Positions 62,687 through 64,000 of a stretch of DNA of 64,000 nucleotides are shown here, one piece after another; position 1 is the first letter of the stretch; each line of letters starts with the position of its first letter. The notes beneath the pieces were generated by a model. The model was not told the origin of the DNA. It worked only from the letters and a program-made list of their open reading frames with translations, and searched no databases. Position numbers and translations under genes: made by a program. The stretch lies in contig CBFDEM010000020.1 in NCBI GenBank assembly GCA_965603825.1, forward strand, positions 372,001-436,000, read 5' to 3'. Origin of the DNA: Blepharisma stoltei ATCC 30299. Lineage: Eukaryota; Protista; Ciliophora.

Positions 62687-64000
62687 TTATTGAATTTGAT
62701 GTACACTACATTCAGAAACTTGGAAACTTCTTTCTTTTCCATAAAAGTTTTCAGGCTTTATTTCAATTTCTTCGCTTCCTTCATAGCTCCCTTCTAATGC
62801 TACTTTAAAAACAATTGAATTGACTTGAGCATTTGCTTTTATTTCAGTAGTTATATCACCTCTTTTGATTTTTTCTCTTTTTTGCATTTTACATATTGTA
62901 TCTTGTATTTGGTCTTTTTTCTGACTAAATTGTATATATTCTTCTGCCAATTTTTCATTTTTTTCAAGTATCTTTGAGTTTTCATTTGATAATTTTAACA
63001 GCTTTTCAGTTTCTTCTGACAGTTCATGCTTCATATTATTGATTTCTTGCTTCATTAGTTCAATTTTGTCTTCTAGCGCTCTCTCTTCAGGAGATAGTGC
63101 TGAAGGCTTGCTATAATTATCTTGATAAGAGAGCGTTCTATTTTTTATTTTGCCAAAATCAAGTACAGGTACTGGCCTTTGTTTATTAGGAGTTGTATAA
63201 AGGACCTCTCCGTACTCAAATAATTCGTTACCTACTGAGCTGTCTTCCTCAGAGTCACTGTATTCATCAGAAATTTTGAACTCAAAGCTAAAATCTTTTC
63301 TCGGACTAAATAAATTATTAATGTAGCTCCTTTCAACTCCTTGTTTCCTATTTATCGGATTTTTAAGCAGAGCTTCGATTTTCTGGCACTCACTTCATAA
63401 CATTTTAGAGTTTTCCATCAACTTGTCCCTATGGGACTGTGCATGATAAAGATCCCTAGCAAGATTTTGCATGTATTCTTTTAATTCTTCAGTTTGGCAA
63501 TGTAAATCCAATATTTCATCAGTCGGAGGAACAATTATCATATTCCTCGATTTTCTATATAATTCAGCATCAATTTCCAATTGTTTATTCCTCGTCATCA
63601 ATTCACAAATAATTCTTTCTTTCTTATCATTTTGATACTTAATTTCTTGCAACTTATCTTCGTATTCTTGTATCAATTCTTGTTCTTTTCTTTGCAATTC
63701 AGCTGAAATCTGTTCATTTATCAAAGCTTTCCCTTGGGCATCACTTCTGTCAGTGATGAGTTTCTTAAGGGTTTCTTCCAGCTGTTTTGTTTCGGATAAA
63801 AGCTGTTCGATCATACGTGGCGCTGTATAGCTAATATTGACTGTGTCTTCTGAATTAGACTCATTAAGCTTACTTGACAATATATCGTGGAGCATTTCTT
63901 TGTTAAGTGCTAGGTTTGTTTCGAGATCATCTATATGGATTTTAAGTCGCTCTGTTTCTCGCTCTATTTCTCTTGCTTTGGCAGCTTTTCGAGTTGACAT
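62687..64000 (-). CDS. Coiled-coil protein; start may lie beyond the window edge
   Basis: ORFs 63395-64000 and 62687-63055 form one frame through TGA 63395 with no TAA/TAG between. Confidence 0.7.

Overview
Gene-dense, AT-rich eukaryotic DNA that looks like a heterotrich ciliate macronuclear genome, most consistent with Blepharisma. TGA is read as Trp (it sits at invariant Trp positions in many conserved proteins) while TAA/TAG remain stops, and I found 18 tiny GT-AG introns of 15-16 nt. The supplied ORF track is therefore fragmented. Re-reading with TGA=Trp and these introns gives about 38 protein-coding genes and two probable pseudogenes, often separated by only 0-40 nt. Recognisable genes include a membrane-bound PDE, TFIIF-beta, a ZIP4/TEX11-like protein, DHX35, a TBC GAP, RPC2, DDX47, CCDC93, a CISD3-like protein, AK7, a DHHC enzyme, aquaporin, WDR74, a TTLL, a TPR-DUSP-MYND USP, an LNR membrane protein, TANGO2, an AGC kinase, an antizyme-like protein, an Unkempt-like protein, NAE1 and a P4-ATPase-guanylyl cyclase fusion. 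The most interesting points are: (1) an ODC antizyme-like gene in one open frame, in a genome where the canonical UGA shift site cannot act as a stop, with an overlapping Ser-stop uORF; (2) a P4-ATPase-GC fusion whose ATPase motifs look intact but whose cyclase has lost the catalytic Asn/Arg; (3) a ZIP4/SPO22-like meiotic gene in a ciliate; (4) head-to-head start codons 8 nt apart and abutting stop codons. I found no tRNA, rRNA, CRISPR array or transposon. All homology calls come from motif recognition by eye, not from database searches.
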